Origin: Candidatus Parcubacteria bacterium | GTDB lineage: Bacteria; Patescibacteriota; Minisyncoccia; Phycocordibacterales; UBA918 | Assembly: GCA_046049585.1 (NCBI GenBank) | Contig: JBJORD010000069.1 | Location: forward strand, 1 to 33,052 | Length of the DNA stretch: 33,052 nucleotides | Direction of reading: 5' to 3' | Shown here: piece after piece, positions 1 through 8,155 of the stretch | How the letters are laid out: each line of letters starts with the position of its first letter | Numbering within the stretch: the stretch's first letter is position 1 | Made by a program: the position numbers and the translations under genes | Notes under the pieces: model-generated | What the model saw: only the letters and a program-made list of their open reading frames with translations | Databases searched by the model: none | What the model was told of the DNA's origin: nothing

Positions 1-260
1 ATTAGTTGCACATCAAAGTGTCGCAAACCCATAGTTCTCTTACTGGCTTCACGGGTCAAAGCAAAAGCAGCTGGCAGCACTGATTCTAGGGTTGCTCCCG
101 CCTCTACTTGCGTGCGGAGTGTCAAAAGCTCTTGTGGCAACGCCTCGGTAGCGAGTGCTGCATATGTGCTTTCAAGGGCGTTGATTTCAGCCACTAGAGG
201 GGCAATGGCTACTAATTCCTTTTGGTAACTAGGACCAAAAAATTTATCTAAAAATGACAT
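1..260 (-). CDS. secA: Preprotein translocase ATPase SecA, first 86 codons only (gene runs off the left window edge)
   Basis: Absent from the ORF track because it is truncated. Minus-strand translation from ATG (260-258) reads MSFLDKFFGPSYQKELVAIAPLVAEINALESTYAALATEALPQELLTLRTQVEAGATLESVLPAAFALTREASKRTMGLRHFDVQLI. This matches the conserved SecA N-terminus (..LPEAFA.VREA.KR..GMRHFDVQLIGG..). Confidence 0.85.
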   Translation of the reverse strand, partial: MSFLDKFFGPSYQKELVAIAPLVAEINALESTYAALATEALPQELLTLRTQVEAGATLESVLPAAFALTREASKRTMGLRHFDVQL

Positions 261-269
261 AACGGGCTA

Positions 270-275
270 AGTATA
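270..275 (-). promoter_or_regulatory. -10-like hexamer TATACT, 9 nt upstream of the secA ATG
   Basis: Minus strand reads CCGTTATACTtagcccgttATG. No GGAGG lies between the hexamer and the start. It belongs to the recurrent pattern described in the findings. Confidence 0.35.
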
Positions 276-293
276 ACGGTTTTGACGCATAAA

Positions 294-331
294 CACAAAA
301 AAGCAAAAGCACCACCTTGACGGAAGTGCTT
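294..331 (-). terminator. Possible intrinsic terminator downstream of the H1-like gene
   Basis: Minus-strand RNA is AAGCAC-(13-nt loop)-GUGCUU followed by UUGCUUUUUUGUG. The 6-bp stem pairs 307-312 with 326-331, and the U-rich tail corresponds to plus-strand 294-306. The stem is short and the loop is large. Confidence 0.35.
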
Positions 332-358
332 ATGCTATAAACTTTACAAGAAGATGTC

Positions 359-520
359 TTACTTCTTCTTTGCTGGAGCTTTTTTTGCGGCCTTCTTGAC
401 TGCCTTTCTTGGGGCTGCCTTCTTGGCTACTTTCTTCACAGCCTTCTTGACAACTTTCTTGGCTACTTTCTTTACAGCCTTCTTGACAACTTTCTTAGCT
501 GCCTTTTTTGCTACTGCCAT
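359..520 (-). CDS. Histone H1-like / Lys-Ala-rich nucleoid-associated protein (53 aa)
   Basis: The internal ATG at 520-518 gives MAVAKKAAKKVVKKAVKKVAKKVVKKAVKKVAKKAAPRKAVKKAAKKAPAKKK. It has 24 Lys and 1 Arg in 53 residues, with an xxKK tetrad periodicity. The 40 upstream codons of the 93-aa track ORF have unrelated composition. Confidence 0.7.
   Translation of the reverse strand: MAVAKKAAKKVVKKAVKKVAKKVVKKAVKKVAKKAAPRKAVKKAAKKAPAKKK
421..492. repeat. 36-nt tandem direct repeat (2 copies, 35/36 identical) inside the H1-like gene
   Basis: tcttggctactttcttcacagccttcttgacaactt (421-456) versus tcttggctactttctttacagccttcttgacaactt (457-492). Each copy encodes one 12-aa KKVVKKAVKKVA-type unit. 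Confidence 0.9.
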
Positions 521-723
521 ATTTTTGTGATGAGAGTTAGTTGAATAAAATTCGACCGCATGACTCTCTCGCTTCAAAGAACAAACAGGATGAGAGAATG
601 TCTGCTTACAACTATTATCACGTGTATTATTTTTATTCACAAATTTTTTTTGCGAATATTTGTGGATAAGATTTATTACAATTTTTTGTAATAAAAATTT
701 TTTGTAAAATAAAAAATAAAAAA

Positions 724-1767
724 TTATTTTATTCTTGAATTTTTGTTGAGTGTTTGCACTTCTCTTTCAATCGATATAGCAGTTGTGCTATACACTTTTT
801 CGACTACCATATCTGCAAACTCATCAATCATAGCGGCTGTTACCGGTTGATATGCCACCAATACCAAGGCCTGCGCTTCATACAAACCAACATTACCAAT
901 ACGAATTCCTCTTAGTCCACACACTTTATCGAGAATAAATCCTAATGGTACTTTGGCCGTAGTGGCGGTTACTGGATAGACAGCGAGTTGCGGGTACTTG
1001 GCTTGTAACAGCTCTGCTTGCGGAATTGGTATAATCGGATTTTTAAAAAATGATCCGGCTGTGCCAACTGTATGCCAATCAGGAAATTTGGCTGCCCGAA
1101 TTTTTATAATTGTTTGTCGCACAGTTTCTACCGATAGATCAGTCTCTGCTTTTAACACCTCTAAGTCAGCGTAGGTAAGGCGTGGCTGAGGAGTGATACT
1201 CAAACTAAATGTGACTCGCAGTACAATTAATGACTGCCCCGCTACCTGTTTGAATAAAGAATCTCGGTAAGCAAAAGCACAATCTTCTGCAGTTAATTCT
1301 CTTACTTGGTGTAAAACACAATCATAAACAGTTACACTAATAATCAAATCAGCCACCTCTACCCCATAGGCACCCACATTTTGGACCGGTGTAGCACCAA
1401 CTGTTCCTGGTATATGTGATAGATTTTCAAGTCCCCAATAACCTAGAGCCACCGTCTCTGCGACCACCTCATCAAATACTTCACCGGCGCCACACACCAA
1501 AGTGACAGTTGTCTCTTCGACACTATATTCCCTACCTGGTATGGAGATTAATACAACCAAACCAGAAAATCCTTCGTCTGGTACCAGCACATTTGATCCA
1601 CCTCCCAAAACAAATACCGGTAGATCATTGTTTTGTGCAAAATGAATTGATTCTTCTAATTCCGCTATGGTAGTCACTTTGGCAAAGTACCGGGCTGAAC
1701 CACCCACCTTAAGCGTAGTGTACGGGGCTAGCGGGACGTGCTCAGTGAGGAAAGCGGGTCTCATCAT
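724..1767 (-). CDS. murB: UDP-N-acetylenolpyruvoylglucosamine reductase
   Basis: It carries the motifs LAPYTTLKVGGSARYF and VLGGGSNVLV and has typical MurB length. The track start at 1794 is a GTG that overlaps the upstream gene by 26 nt. The ATG-ATG at 1767/1764 sits just after the upstream stop (1769-1771) and is preferred. Confidence 0.9.
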   Translation of the reverse strand: MMRPAFLTEHVPLAPYTTLKVGGSARYFAKVTTIAELEESIHFAQNNDLPVFVLGGGSNVLVPDEGFSGLVVLISIPGREYSVEETTVTLVCGAGEVFDEVVAETVALGYWGLENLSHIPGTVGATPVQNVGAYGVEVADLIISVTVYDCVLHQVRELTAEDCAFAYRDSLFKQVAGQSLIVLRVTFSLSITPQPRLTYADLEVLKAETDLSVETVRQTIIKIRAAKFPDWHTVGTAGSFFKNPIIPIPQAELLQAKYPQLAVYPVTATTAKVPLGFILDKVCGLRGIRIGNVGLYEAQALVLVAYQPVTAAMIDEFADMVVEKVYSTTAISIEREVQTLNKNSRIK

Positions 1768-1768
1768 G

Positions 1769-3991
1769 TTAGCGACAACCAGTTTCTGGTGCACGTCCTG
1801 CTTTGAGGTTGTTGGTTACACACTGTGCAGTCGGAGTAAAACTAGGCACCGCTGCAGCTCCTCGAGTAAGCGTGTCTATGGCTTTGTCGGTAAAGATCTT
1901 CTTGCGTTCTTGATTAGTACCAGCTGCGAGCGCTAATTGGTGATACGCGAAAGCGAGGCTGGCCCAACTTTGTGCCACGGTTGGCGCAATTGTCACACGC
2001 TCTTCGTACAAGCGTGCCAAGGTCTCATAATCACCAGCGTTATTGATGGCACTAAATACAAAGTCACTCATTGCTAAGCGTGCCAAGAAAGTAGGAGTAG
2101 CTTCGGACAATAGTGTAGCCGCACTTTCACGTTCATTGTTGTAATACAAAGCAGCAAAATAATATTCACGAGCTTCTTCGTTGGTTGTATCAAGCTCATA
2201 GGCTTCTCTAAAGTAATCAAGTGATTCTTTGTTTTGACCCACTGCCAACTCAACTGCTCCTTGTTGTAGAATGATAGCTTGTTTGTTCGGTGACAGAGAC
2301 CGCGCGATCGCTAATTGCTCACGAGCCTTATCAGAGTTACCAGTTGAACGATAGTATCCCGCAAAGAATACGTGTAGACGAGCGTCGTTTGGTTTCTCTT
2401 CTACCATAGTATTGAGCGCTCCTTCCGCCGCTGCCAAAAAGGCTGCTTTAGTTTCGGGATCTACTGCAGTGGCATCTGCCTGAGCAATACTCATTGCTTG
2501 CTGCGCTAGTTGTTCAGTAATCTCCTGTCGAGCAAAGGTAGGTAGTGCTAGTAACTCTTCAAATTTTTCTAGACGTGCATCTAAGTCGTTGGTTTGGAAA
2601 GCAACAATAAGACCACGAGCGGCCTGGATGTTTGGTACATTCAAAACATAGACCACACCAACTACCAATACAATCATGGCTGGAGCAATAATATTGCTGA
2701 CCAGCGGTGTTGGGATTGAGATCTTGGTCAAACGTGGAATCTCGACACTATAGCGACTATGCAACAACGCCAGTATCACCGCAAAGAAGATGTAACTGAT
2801 GATATTATCAAATACCACAATATTGTGAGTCAGGTACCCAACCAGTAACCCAAATAATATTCCGCGCTCTACCAATGAAAATGTCTCATCACCTCGCCAC
2901 GCTTTGATGAGTAAGTAGTAGGCTAGACTCGCAAAAATACTAAAGTACGCCACCAAACCAAGCACACCACCAGCAATCAACCAATCAAAGAAGATGTTGT
3001 GTACTCGGTCAAACCACTGTTCTTGAGCATACAAACGAGGATCGTATTGTTCATTAAATACATAGTTGAAATTACCATTACCCCAACCAGTGACTGGTCG
3101 CTCTTTGATGCCCTCAAGGGACATGTTCCAGATAATACTACGGATACGAAGGTCGTTACCCAAATCAATATTAGCAATACGGGCCAAAGAGGGAGTGTTT
3201 TGGACATACGCACTATCACGCACGGTATAAAATCCAGCAAACATAATCACCAATCCCACCACACCTAGTACAGCGTAGCGTCTAATATTAGGATGCTTAA
3301 CTGCAAACATCGCCATATAGACTACCGCAGCCAAGGAGCCAGTCGCCAAACCGATCGCCGTACCTCGAGTCCCGGTCTGAAACAGTACAAACACAAACAA
3401 AGCAATGAGGAGACCGTAAATCACTCGGTACGGTACAACCTTAGTCTTGGCAAACAGATAGGCTGTGATAAAGATATGGAAGAGCATGTAAATGGCCATA
3501 TAGGCAGCGTTACCAAGCTTACTCTCGACTCGACCAGTACTACCACCCGCCAATTGGCCAAGACCAATAAACGCAACCAGGGCAGCTGCCACAATTGATA
3601 GATGCAAGAAGTACGACCAGATCTTTGGTGTGCGAAGCATTGTCGCCAATACTACAAAGTAAGCGTACACATGAATCAACGTGATATAGCCATCCATCCG
3701 CTCAAAATTACTCCACAACGCAGTTGAGACATGCTCGGCGGTGAGAGTTGCCAGACCCATGGCCGCAATCAAGCCCGTGAAGCTAGCTAAGATCCATGAA
3801 AATCGTGGTCGGTACGTCTTATCAAGACAAGCCAAAATTACCCACAAAGCCAAGACCACTTCTACAATGATACGAAAAGCAAAATTTTTGCCGGTAATAA
3901 AGGGAAAGAAAAAGTCATTTTCAACATAGAGTGTCAAAAATGGTACAGCAAATAAACCAGCAATCACCAAACCTTGCAAAATGTCTTTCAT
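1769..3991 (-). CDS. O-antigen ligase / Wzy_C-family polytopic membrane protein fused to a C-terminal TPR domain
   Basis: The N-terminal ~470 aa contains many hydrophobic helices and the Wzy_C-like loop ..FDRVHNIFFDWLIAGGVLGLV... The C-terminal ~270 aa has TPR-like repeats (..ARLHVFFAGYYRSTGNSDKAREQLAIARSLSPN.., ..YFREAYELDTTNEEAREYYFAALYY..). Confidence 0.75.
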   Translation of the reverse strand: MKDILQGLVIAGLFAVPFLTLYVENDFFFPFITGKNFAFRIIVEVVLALWVILACLDKTYRPRFSWILASFTGLIAAMGLATLTAEHVSTALWSNFERMDGYITLIHVYAYFVVLATMLRTPKIWSYFLHLSIVAAALVAFIGLGQLAGGSTGRVESKLGNAAYMAIYMLFHIFITAYLFAKTKVVPYRVIYGLLIALFVFVLFQTGTRGTAIGLATGSLAAVVYMAMFAVKHPNIRRYAVLGVVGLVIMFAGFYTVRDSAYVQNTPSLARIANIDLGNDLRIRSIIWNMSLEGIKERPVTGWGNGNFNYVFNEQYDPRLYAQEQWFDRVHNIFFDWLIAGGVLGLVAYFSIFASLAYYLLIKAWRGDETFSLVERGILFGLLVGYLTHNIVVFDNIISYIFFAVILALLHSRYSVEIPRLTKISIPTPLVSNIIAPAMIVLVVGVVYVLNVPNIQAARGLIVAFQTNDLDARLEKFEELLALPTFARQEITEQLAQQAMSIAQADATAVDPETKAAFLAAAEGALNTMVEEKPNDARLHVFFAGYYRSTGNSDKAREQLAIARSLSPNKQAIILQQGAVELAVGQNKESLDYFREAYELDTTNEEAREYYFAALYYNNERESAATLLSEATPTFLARLAMSDFVFSAINNAGDYETLARLYEERVTIAPTVAQSWASLAFAYHQLALAAGTNQERKKIFTDKAIDTLTRGAAAVPSFTPTAQCVTNNLKAGRAPETGCR

Positions 3992-4000
3992 ATAGGCAGT

Positions 4001-4009
4001 ACTATACCA
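4001..4009 (-). promoter_or_regulatory. Extended -10 TGGTATAGT, 9 nt upstream of the ATG at 3991
   Basis: Minus strand reads TGGTATAGTactgcctatATG, with no SD motif. Confidence 0.4.
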
Positions 4010-4059
4010 TAATCACAATGCCCTTCTACCCTAGACGAAGGGGTATATTTGGAGCGAAA

Positions 4060-4902
4060 TCACATTTCAACGGTATCTGTCGGAGATACCAAATTCCAAA
4101 AAGCATTCATGTCACGATTGAGTAGCTGCGACAGTCTCTTGGTGTCATGGGTAAATAATTTGGCAAAAATCGCCCACTCAGCTGGCTGTAATAAGTGATC
4201 AAGTGAATCATCTACGGGAAATAGTCGTGGTTTGGGCTTTGAAAACAGACGATTGTAGGTATTTCGTACTAATTTACGGGCACGATAGAACAATGATGGA
4301 TGCTTCGGTTCATCGGGCGGCGGCGCTAGATGTTTTAGGGCCGCTGGTATCACTTCGGTATCTATTTCCAAAAAGCTATAGACCGTCTTCATTGTCTCAA
4401 GCGGTGAATTGGCAAGATCCTCATAAAAGATAACTAGACACTCAAGAGGCGAATAGTACGAGAAATACCGTTCAAGTGCTTCAGCATACAAGCTCTCAGC
4501 CTGTAACTCACTATGGGCTGCGATATAGGCGGCGGCACTCATATGCTTAGCCTTGGCGTCAATCCGAGTGAGTGCATCGTATTCAGCCAACATGCGACGA
4601 ATCGGATGTCGCAACACCACTAGTAATTTGGCGTCTGGGCAATCATGAGCAATTCTCGCCGGCGCTTCGGCGTGGTGCAAGTAACTAGCTGATGACTCTC
4701 CTACCAGTTGACCGGCTTTTTGCTGGAGCATTATCGTATCGTGATACCACAAAGGACCCTTACTGTATGCTCGTGTCGCAAAATAATGAGTGGCTGGAAT
4801 ATGACTAGAGACTTTGGGGTGGGCAGCTAACCATGTCATTAATTCTCCGAGTCCAGCGTAGGAAGCGCCGATACCGATAAATGCTGGTGAGAACTTTTTC
4901 AT
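4060..4902 (-). CDS. Sulfotransferase-fold protein with degenerate PAPS-binding motifs
   Basis: The N-terminal FIGIGASYAGLGELMTWLAAHP aligns by eye with the sulfotransferase 5'-PSB loop (..G..K.GTT.L...L..HP). LVVLRHPIRRMLAEY aligns with the 3'-PB motif (R.P..R..S). Confidence 0.6.
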   Translation of the reverse strand: MKKFSPAFIGIGASYAGLGELMTWLAAHPKVSSHIPATHYFATRAYSKGPLWYHDTIMLQQKAGQLVGESSASYLHHAEAPARIAHDCPDAKLLVVLRHPIRRMLAEYDALTRIDAKAKHMSAAAYIAAHSELQAESLYAEALERYFSYYSPLECLVIFYEDLANSPLETMKTVYSFLEIDTEVIPAALKHLAPPPDEPKHPSLFYRARKLVRNTYNRLFSKPKPRLFPVDDSLDHLLQPAEWAIFAKLFTHDTKRLSQLLNRDMNAFWNLVSPTDTVEM

Positions 4903-4925
4903 ACTAATAATAGTAGCATACGATC

Positions 4926-6239
4926 TTAGGCTACTTCGTGATAGGTAATGATGGCTCGCTCGATACTTTCTTGATAGGCTTTTTGATACAAGACCGGATC
5001 AGCATGCAACCGTGTCTCGGCTACTCGACGGGCTTTTTGCCCCATCACGTGACGTCCGGCTGGATCATTGAGTAAACGTCCAAGACTATGCTCGAGAACA
5101 GATACCTGACCGACTGGTACGAGATAGGCAGTGTCTTCATGTGAAAACAAATCCTGACGTAAATCATTGTTGGTCATTACCATCGCCAGCCCGGCCGCTG
5201 CTCCACGCAATACCATATCATCAGCCAATCCGTGTTGATCAGTGACTAATAGCGCGTCAGCACTCTGTAGATACGTGACTAAGTTATCAGCACTACGTTC
5301 AAAAATTATTTGTTCAGTAATACCGAGCAAGGTCGCTCTCGTTCGGCAATCAGCCAACATCGGGCCGTCCCCTACCATCACCATCCCAACCCGTGGATTG
5401 CGAAATAGTCCCCGCATCGCATCGATAGCATTAAAGGCAGTACTGCCTGGTTCTAGTGCCCCTACATACAAGACAATAAAATTAAATTGCTGGTACTTTT
5501 CGTGCAAAAAATTTGTCCGTGAACCATCAAACTGCGCTGTAAAGGATTGGAAGCGTGGCAACACATCTACGTCTCCTTCAATTCCCATGTTGGTAAAGGT
5601 AGATATCTGTTCAGCTGTTTCGGTACGAATACTCGTAAACTTTGGTAAAAGAAAATGACGTAACCAGCGCTGCCATCGTGGTCTAGCTGCTATAAGATAC
5701 GCCTGTTCGGCCATTACGTGCAGTTGCGCCGGTCGATCAAAATACCGACTAGCCATCATCGCTACCAACGCACTCTCATAGGGATCCCTAGCAATAATCA
5801 CATCCGGCCTGAAACCTTCTGCAAACACAAATTGATCTAATATAAGACGCCACGCTACCACTGGCGTATGCCATGCATGTTTACCAGACACAACATACAA
5901 CCACACATTATCAGCCACGCGTACCACTGGTTCTTTGACCGGTAGACCGACTCGCATTACCAATATATGTACCTCATCAAATACATCAGACACATGTAAA
6001 AATCCATCAAGTGAGTGCGTTGTCCCGTCTACAAATGAGGTATCATTGGTAATGATTAACACCCGAGTCGCTGAGCGACCTGTTTGTGGCTGTAACAATG
6101 GTGACGTGCGCGCCTCTGCTATGGGCACTTGTTGTACCACCTCATTACCCTTTCTTTCGTCCTCACCTGCTTGTATGACGACGTCGAGGACATTACGTGC
6201 CTTAACTATATGAGAAGATGGTTCAAATGGTGCAGCCAT
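4926..6239 (-). CDS. Glycosyltransferase, GT-B fold (GT4-like), divergent
   Basis: The C-terminal half resembles the GT1/GT4 donor-binding domain (..VLYVGALEP.., ..VMVGDGP.., ..LQSADALLVTDQHGLADDMVLRGAAAGLAMVMT..). The N-terminal ~60 aa is uncertain and the true start may lie further in. Confidence 0.5.
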   Translation of the reverse strand: MAAPFEPSSHIVKARNVLDVVIQAGEDERKGNEVVQQVPIAEARTSPLLQPQTGRSATRVLIITNDTSFVDGTTHSLDGFLHVSDVFDEVHILVMRVGLPVKEPVVRVADNVWLYVVSGKHAWHTPVVAWRLILDQFVFAEGFRPDVIIARDPYESALVAMMASRYFDRPAQLHVMAEQAYLIAARPRWQRWLRHFLLPKFTSIRTETAEQISTFTNMGIEGDVDVLPRFQSFTAQFDGSRTNFLHEKYQQFNFIVLYVGALEPGSTAFNAIDAMRGLFRNPRVGMVMVGDGPMLADCRTRATLLGITEQIIFERSADNLVTYLQSADALLVTDQHGLADDMVLRGAAAGLAMVMTNNDLRQDLFSHEDTAYLVPVGQVSVLEHSLGRLLNDPAGRHVMGQKARRVAETRLHADPVLYQKAYQESIERAIITYHEVA

Positions 6240-6286
6240 ACAATAACTGTCACTAGTATACCGTGAACCCTAGTATAGATAGTTAA

Positions 6287-7300
6287 TTACTGTGGAGTGA
6301 CGAGAGATATGACTGCTGCTGCCAAACGATCGCTATCATGACGAATAAAACTTCGCTGCAACACATCTCCCTGTACTGGTGTGATGATCTCTCCACTAAC
6401 AATATCGTGTTCACTTATACGAATTGCCGGATGAGTAAGATCAACTTGCACAGGATGTACTCCCTCCAAAGCAGCATAACGAGCTACCAGATCAGCCGTG
6501 ATACTACCTCCATGTACGAAGACCTCATGCGGTAGTAATCCAGTGTAGCGCTCTATTTCTGAAACATAATCAGACAAATGCATACCAATAGTTTGACCAG
6601 GTCGCGCCATCAAATTAGCCACAAAAACTCGCCTGGCCTGACTCGCCTCGAGCACATCGCGCATGCCACCAATCACACAATTGGCCAAGATACTGGTATA
6701 CAAATCACCCGGACCAAAGACAATCAGATCAGCCTGTAGTAATGCGGCAGCTGCCTCGGGGTACACCACGGCCACTCGATCTGTGGCCAGGTCGACAATC
6801 CGATCATGATGATGTTCTGCCTCTGGTTCGTCGATACCATGCTCCCCTACCACCACTCGACCCGAATCATATGTTGCTACCAAATGAACATTATCAGTAG
6901 TCACCGGCAGTACTCGCCCCGCTACCCGCAAAACCTGACTTGCTACCGCTATTGCCTCAACCTCACTCCCCAACATATCGGTTAGTGCCGTCAAAAATAA
7001 ATTCCCAAAATTATGTCCAGTCAGCCCTTCCCCTTTGGCAAATCGGTACAAAAATAAATCACGAAGTAGTTCACCATGCCGATCATCAGCTGGAGCTAAA
7101 GCCGATAATGCCATCCGCACATCCCCGACTGGTAACGAACCAAATTCGTCACGGAGTCGTCCAGTTGACCCACCGGAATCAGCCATCGTTACGATCGCAG
7201 TTATATCGAGCATGTCAGCATGTTGTCGCAATCCCCGCAGCAGGGTGTACGTACCCGTACCACCACCAATAACTACAATCTTGTACTTATTTTGTCTCAT
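6287..7300 (-). CDS. yvcK: YvcK/CofD-family protein (UPF0052, gluconeogenesis-factor / UDP-sugar-binding family)
   Basis: KIVVIGGGTGTYTLLRGLR...TAIVTMADSGGSTGRLRDEFGSLPVGDVR is the family signature. Confidence 0.85.
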   Translation of the reverse strand: MRQNKYKIVVIGGGTGTYTLLRGLRQHADMLDITAIVTMADSGGSTGRLRDEFGSLPVGDVRMALSALAPADDRHGELLRDLFLYRFAKGEGLTGHNFGNLFLTALTDMLGSEVEAIAVASQVLRVAGRVLPVTTDNVHLVATYDSGRVVVGEHGIDEPEAEHHHDRIVDLATDRVAVVYPEAAAALLQADLIVFGPGDLYTSILANCVIGGMRDVLEASQARRVFVANLMARPGQTIGMHLSDYVSEIERYTGLLPHEVFVHGGSITADLVARYAALEGVHPVQVDLTHPAIRISEHDIVSGEIITPVQGDVLQRSFIRHDSDRLAAAVISLVTPQ

Positions 7301-7360
7301 TTGTTACTATATAACTAAAGTATCCGAAGTAAAGTTATATACAAAAACCAAAAAGCTTTT

Positions 7361-8155
7361 ATGACTTTACGCATATTGTACACCATACTATCTAGCATAC
7401 GTTCTGAACCTTTAGTATTCATACGGTATGGATTGGGTTTTATTATTGGCACTCCCGCTCAACCAGTACTCAGCATCACCACTGACGCATTAGCAGAACA
7501 ACTAAAAGCTGGTAAATCATTTATTAGAATCGGTGACGGTGAAGCCATGATATTAATGGGAAGATCAATTCATTACCAGACTTTTGATCCTTTACTAAGT
7601 CACTCACTGCGTGAAATTATTACCACGTATAGTACTACCAGTCCTTACATCTTAGCAATTCCGGTTTTTGCCATCACTGAAAATGCTAAAGAGCTCAAGT
7701 CTCGTGGTCGGTTGCGTATTTGGCGATTATTTCGGGCTATGTATAAAAGTATGTTTGACAAGAAGCAAGCATATGCCGATGCCGTTATATTTTATCAACG
7801 TGATAATTTTTCAAAAACCGTAGCTCCCTTACTACACACTCATCATGTAATCATCGTTAGTAAAAAAGAAAATAACACCACTGAATTACAAACATATATA
7901 AATAGAACTTGCCCATCTTGGGAATTTATCACTGTACCAGCTCTTAATGCCTATAACGAACTCGCTCAAATCAAACACAACATCGACCTAGCTATTAGTA
8001 AAAAACGTGGTGAAAAAACTTTACTCCTGTTTGCAGCTGGTCCTGCATCCAAAGCTCTTTCATTGCATTACATCAAGTATGATATACAATGTATCGACAT
8101 TGGTCATGGGCTTGAAATACTTGGCCGTACTGATGACTATTCAGACAGACTATGA
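7361..8155 (+). CDS. GT-D fold glycosyltransferase (DUF1792 family), paralogue A
   Basis: It contains SFIRIGDGEAMILMG and the C-terminal LLFAAGPASKALS...IDIGH. It is ~265 aa and clearly homologous to the product of 10593-11402. Confidence 0.7.
   Translation: MTLRILYTILSSIRSEPLVFIRYGLGFIIGTPAQPVLSITTDALAEQLKAGKSFIRIGDGEAMILMGRSIHYQTFDPLLSHSLREIITTYSTTSPYILAIPVFAITENAKELKSRGRLRIWRLFRAMYKSMFDKKQAYADAVIFYQRDNFSKTVAPLLHTHHVIIVSKKENNTTELQTYINRTCPSWEFITVPALNAYNELAQIKHNIDLAISKKRGEKTLLLFAAGPASKALSLHYIKYDIQCIDIGHGLEILGRTDDYSDRL

Noticed and set aside
359-640. The 93-aa version of the H1-like ORF given in the track
   Set aside because: The first 40 codons (MNKNNTRDNSCKQTFSHPVCSLKRESHAVEFYSTNSHHKN) are unlike the Lys/Ala body and lie in what looks like an untranslated leader. 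The internal ATG at 520 gives a coherent 53-aa protein.
641-723. The AT-only spacer with TTACAA-TTTT-TTGTAA palindrome (676-691) and repeated AATTTTTTGTAA as a specific element or small RNA
   Set aside because: It is composed purely of A/T, so any stem would be very weak. It is best treated as a generic AT-rich promoter/UP-like region for the H1-like gene and the end of murB.
4021-4042. Hairpin CCCTTC-(10 nt)-GAAGGG after the sulfotransferase-like gene as a terminator
   Set aside because: The stem is only 6 bp with a 10-nt loop and no U-tract on the transcribed strand. The extended -10 for the next gene lies right beside it, so there is too little support to call a terminator.
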